Below the pieces are notes generated by a model. The model saw nothing but the letters and a program-made list of their open reading frames with translations. It was not told the DNA's origin and did no database searches. A stretch of 64,000 bases of DNA from Phyllobates terribilis (lineage: Eukaryota), in the NCBI RefSeq assembly GCF_046119375.1, contig NW_027362771.1, positions 226,796,001-226,860,000 of the forward strand, given 5' to 3'. Numbering within the stretch: position 1 is the stretch's first letter; each line of letters starts with the position of its first letter. Shown here piece after piece: positions 62,185-64,000 of the stretch. The position numbers and the translations under genes were made by a program.

Positions 62185-62225
62185 TGCCCCTGAGGAAAAC
62201 CCAGTTGGGATTGAAACATTGAGCA
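62185..62225 (+). ncRNA. Degenerate hammerhead ribozyme
   Basis: The core CUGAGGA...GAAA is kept, but there are 4 substitutions in stems I, II and III. Confidence 0.6.
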
Positions 62226-62452
62226 ACTGTATACTGACCACGATTTGAACCAGTTTATATTGGAGAAATAAAGCATCTACTATTTTATCACCTATATGAG
62301 ACTTTTCTATATTATTTGGTGTGCCGGAATCTTTATCTACACGGATGCATGTGTTGTATTCCTGGCACCCTTCTTTTTCAATAGTTGAGCTTGGTCTTTA
62401 TTAATTATTGATTTCTATTTGGTTGTAACCAAGGCTCCTAGGCTATATCCCC

Positions 62453-63196
62453 ATGTCGTTTAACACATTTGCCTACAATGAGGAAGATACCGTAGCAATT
62501 CTATCGAAAATTGATAGAAATACCTTTCTTCACTCGTCCATTGAGGACAACAAGACACGAGACTACGAAAAGGAAAGAAAGAAACTAGTTGCTCTGTACC
62601 TTCATCTCTCCACTCTTGCTGAGTATCACCGCGTCAAAAGGATCCCCAGAGGACTGAGGGTCAATCTTCAATCCACCCTATTTTCCGATAACGCTGACTT
62701 CTGCAATAAATTCGAGAGCATCCTCAACAAATGCTCCATGGACTTGATTTTACTGACCATTGAATCCATACAAAAGGAGATAACAGAACTAGAAGGGAGG
62801 ATCATCTCCTTAGATGACCAACTGGTGAATACCATTTCCACCGAACAATTTGAGGGCCTTAAGAAGAAAACGACTGACATCCTACTCTCTTATAAGAAGA
62901 CACTACAAGACCGTAAATTACTTAAGTTCAAGCGAGACAAGGAAGACTACTTATCCGGCAGGGTATTTAAATGGCGATCAGGCCACACTACATATGGCTC
63001 CCGTTTTTACTCATCCTCCGGCAGCGACAGCGAGTACACATCCCAACGTCCCAGATGTTTTTTTGGGGCACGACAACCCCGACGCGCCAAACGCGGCGGG
63101 GACATAGGGGTTCAGTCTACAGAGTCCACCAGATTCCTAACCACTATACCACCTCCTGTTCCCCTACAGGTGCAGCCCGAGAGAATGACCCTCTGA
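62453..63196 (+). CDS. PLE ORF1, copy 2
   Basis: 247-aa ORF. It ends at a TGA where copy 1 has CGA. Confidence 0.75.
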   Translation: MSFNTFAYNEEDTVAILSKIDRNTFLHSSIEDNKTRDYEKERKKLVALYLHLSTLAEYHRVKRIPRGLRVNLQSTLFSDNADFCNKFESILNKCSMDLILLTIESIQKEITELEGRIISLDDQLVNTISTEQFEGLKKKTTDILLSYKKTLQDRKLLKFKRDKEDYLSGRVFKWRSGHTTYGSRFYSSSGSDSEYTSQRPRCFFGARQPRRAKRGGDIGVQSTESTRFLTTIPPPVPLQVQPERMTL

Positions 63197-64000
63197 TCAC
63201 AGGTAGGCCCGACAACCTCGTATACAACATTTCCTCACAAGTCCTTACCCCCACAGAGATTGGACTACTACAGAGGGGATTATCCTTTTGCCCAACCCCG
63301 TCCTTCGACCCATTCACCCTAGACCTTGAACTTAGACGCTTTTTTCGTAGTCTGAGACTTAAGGTACATTTCTCCACAAATGATGACCACTCGACACCTT
63401 CTTCCACTGCACCACAGAATCCTGAACAACTATCACTGAAGGAACTAGGACTGAGGTTACTTTCATGCTTTAACCCCCCAAAAATATATCACCCAGTGGA
63501 AACTTATATCTCACTTGTCAATAAGGACATTGAAACACTCAGGACAAAAATACAACATAATGAATACCCTTTACACACCAACCTTACTAGGGAGGAAAAA
63601 CAGAGCCTGAATTCCTTATCCAAGAATAACTTTATCATGATTAAGCCAGCGGACAAGGGGGGTGCCATAGTGGTCATGGATCTCTCTTATTATGTGAGTG
63701 AGATTGAGGGACAGCTAAATGACCAACAAGTATACACCCAGGTCACCATTAACCCTACACATCGCATCAGTCGACTTATACAGAGCAAAGTAGAATCACT
63801 ATCTAGCCATGGCATTATTGATCAGAAACTATCTGAGTATCTCATTAACACACATCCAGTCACCCCAGTGTTCTATACACTTCCCAAGATTCATAAAAGT
63901 TTACTACACTCTCCAGGACGCCCCATTGTGGCATCCACAGACTCACTATTATCCCCTCTAGCCAAAACCGTAAAGAAAATCTTGACACCATTGTTACCGG
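62971..64000 (+). CDS. PLE ORF2 (RT N-terminal part), open to the window edge and not listed in the ORF track
   Basis: Manual translation from ATG 62971 has no stop to 64000: ...NLVYNISSQVLTPTEIGLLQRGLSFCPTP...KPADKGGAIVVMD...FYTLPKIHK...PGRPIVAS. Confidence 0.9.
   Translation, partial: MAIRPHYIWLPFLLILRQRQRVHIPTSQMFFWGTTTPTRQTRRGHRGSVYRVHQIPNHYTTSCSPTGAARENDPLITGRPDNLVYNISSQVLTPTEIGLLQRGLSFCPTPSFDPFTLDLELRRFFRSLRLKVHFSTNDDHSTPSSTAPQNPEQLSLKELGLRLLSCFNPPKIYHPVETYISLVNKDIETLRTKIQHNEYPLHTNLTREEKQSLNSLSKNNFIMIKPADKGGAIVVMDLSYYVSEIEGQLNDQQVYTQVTINPTHRISRLIQSKVESLSSHGIIDQKLSEYLINTHPVTPVFYTLPKIHKSLLHSPGRPIVASTDSLLSPLAKTVKKILTPLLP

Larger units (their letters stand above)
62089..64000 (+). mobile_element. 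Penelope-like element copy 2, head-to-head with copy 1; runs off the window
   Basis: Inverted copy of ~60050-61957 (pLTR, ORF1 and the start of ORF2). Confidence 0.95.

Overview
This is a repeat-dense eukaryotic window, most likely from a frog or toad (inferred from the transposon families). It consists almost entirely of nested transposable elements, and I found no host-gene exons. The dominant structures are: (1) Two same-orientation copies of a composite hAT DNA transposon at 8076-18774 and 40760-58984. Each has its own perfect 8-bp target-site duplication. Both carry the same cargo (18S rRNA fragment, solo LTR, L1 RT fragment, Tc1 pseudogene), a reconstructable 1233-aa BED-finger transposase and an internal 110-bp satellite that grows from about 14 to about 69 monomers between copies. 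(2) A head-to-head pair of Penelope-like retroelements (PLEs) with pseudo-LTRs (pLTRs). The pLTRs carry minimal hammerhead ribozymes. A coiled-coil ORF1 overlaps the RT/GIY-YIG ORF2 in the -1 frame, and the overlap contains an in-register U-UUU-UUU slippery heptamer followed by a GC-rich hairpin. The left PLE is split by the second hAT copy. (3) piggyBac elements, both a transposase pseudogene and non-autonomous relatives with ~390-bp internal repeats. (4) Several Tc1 elements, Kolobok/T2-type MITEs, an L1 3' end and a V-SINE. All counts and coordinates were read by eye; no database searches were run.
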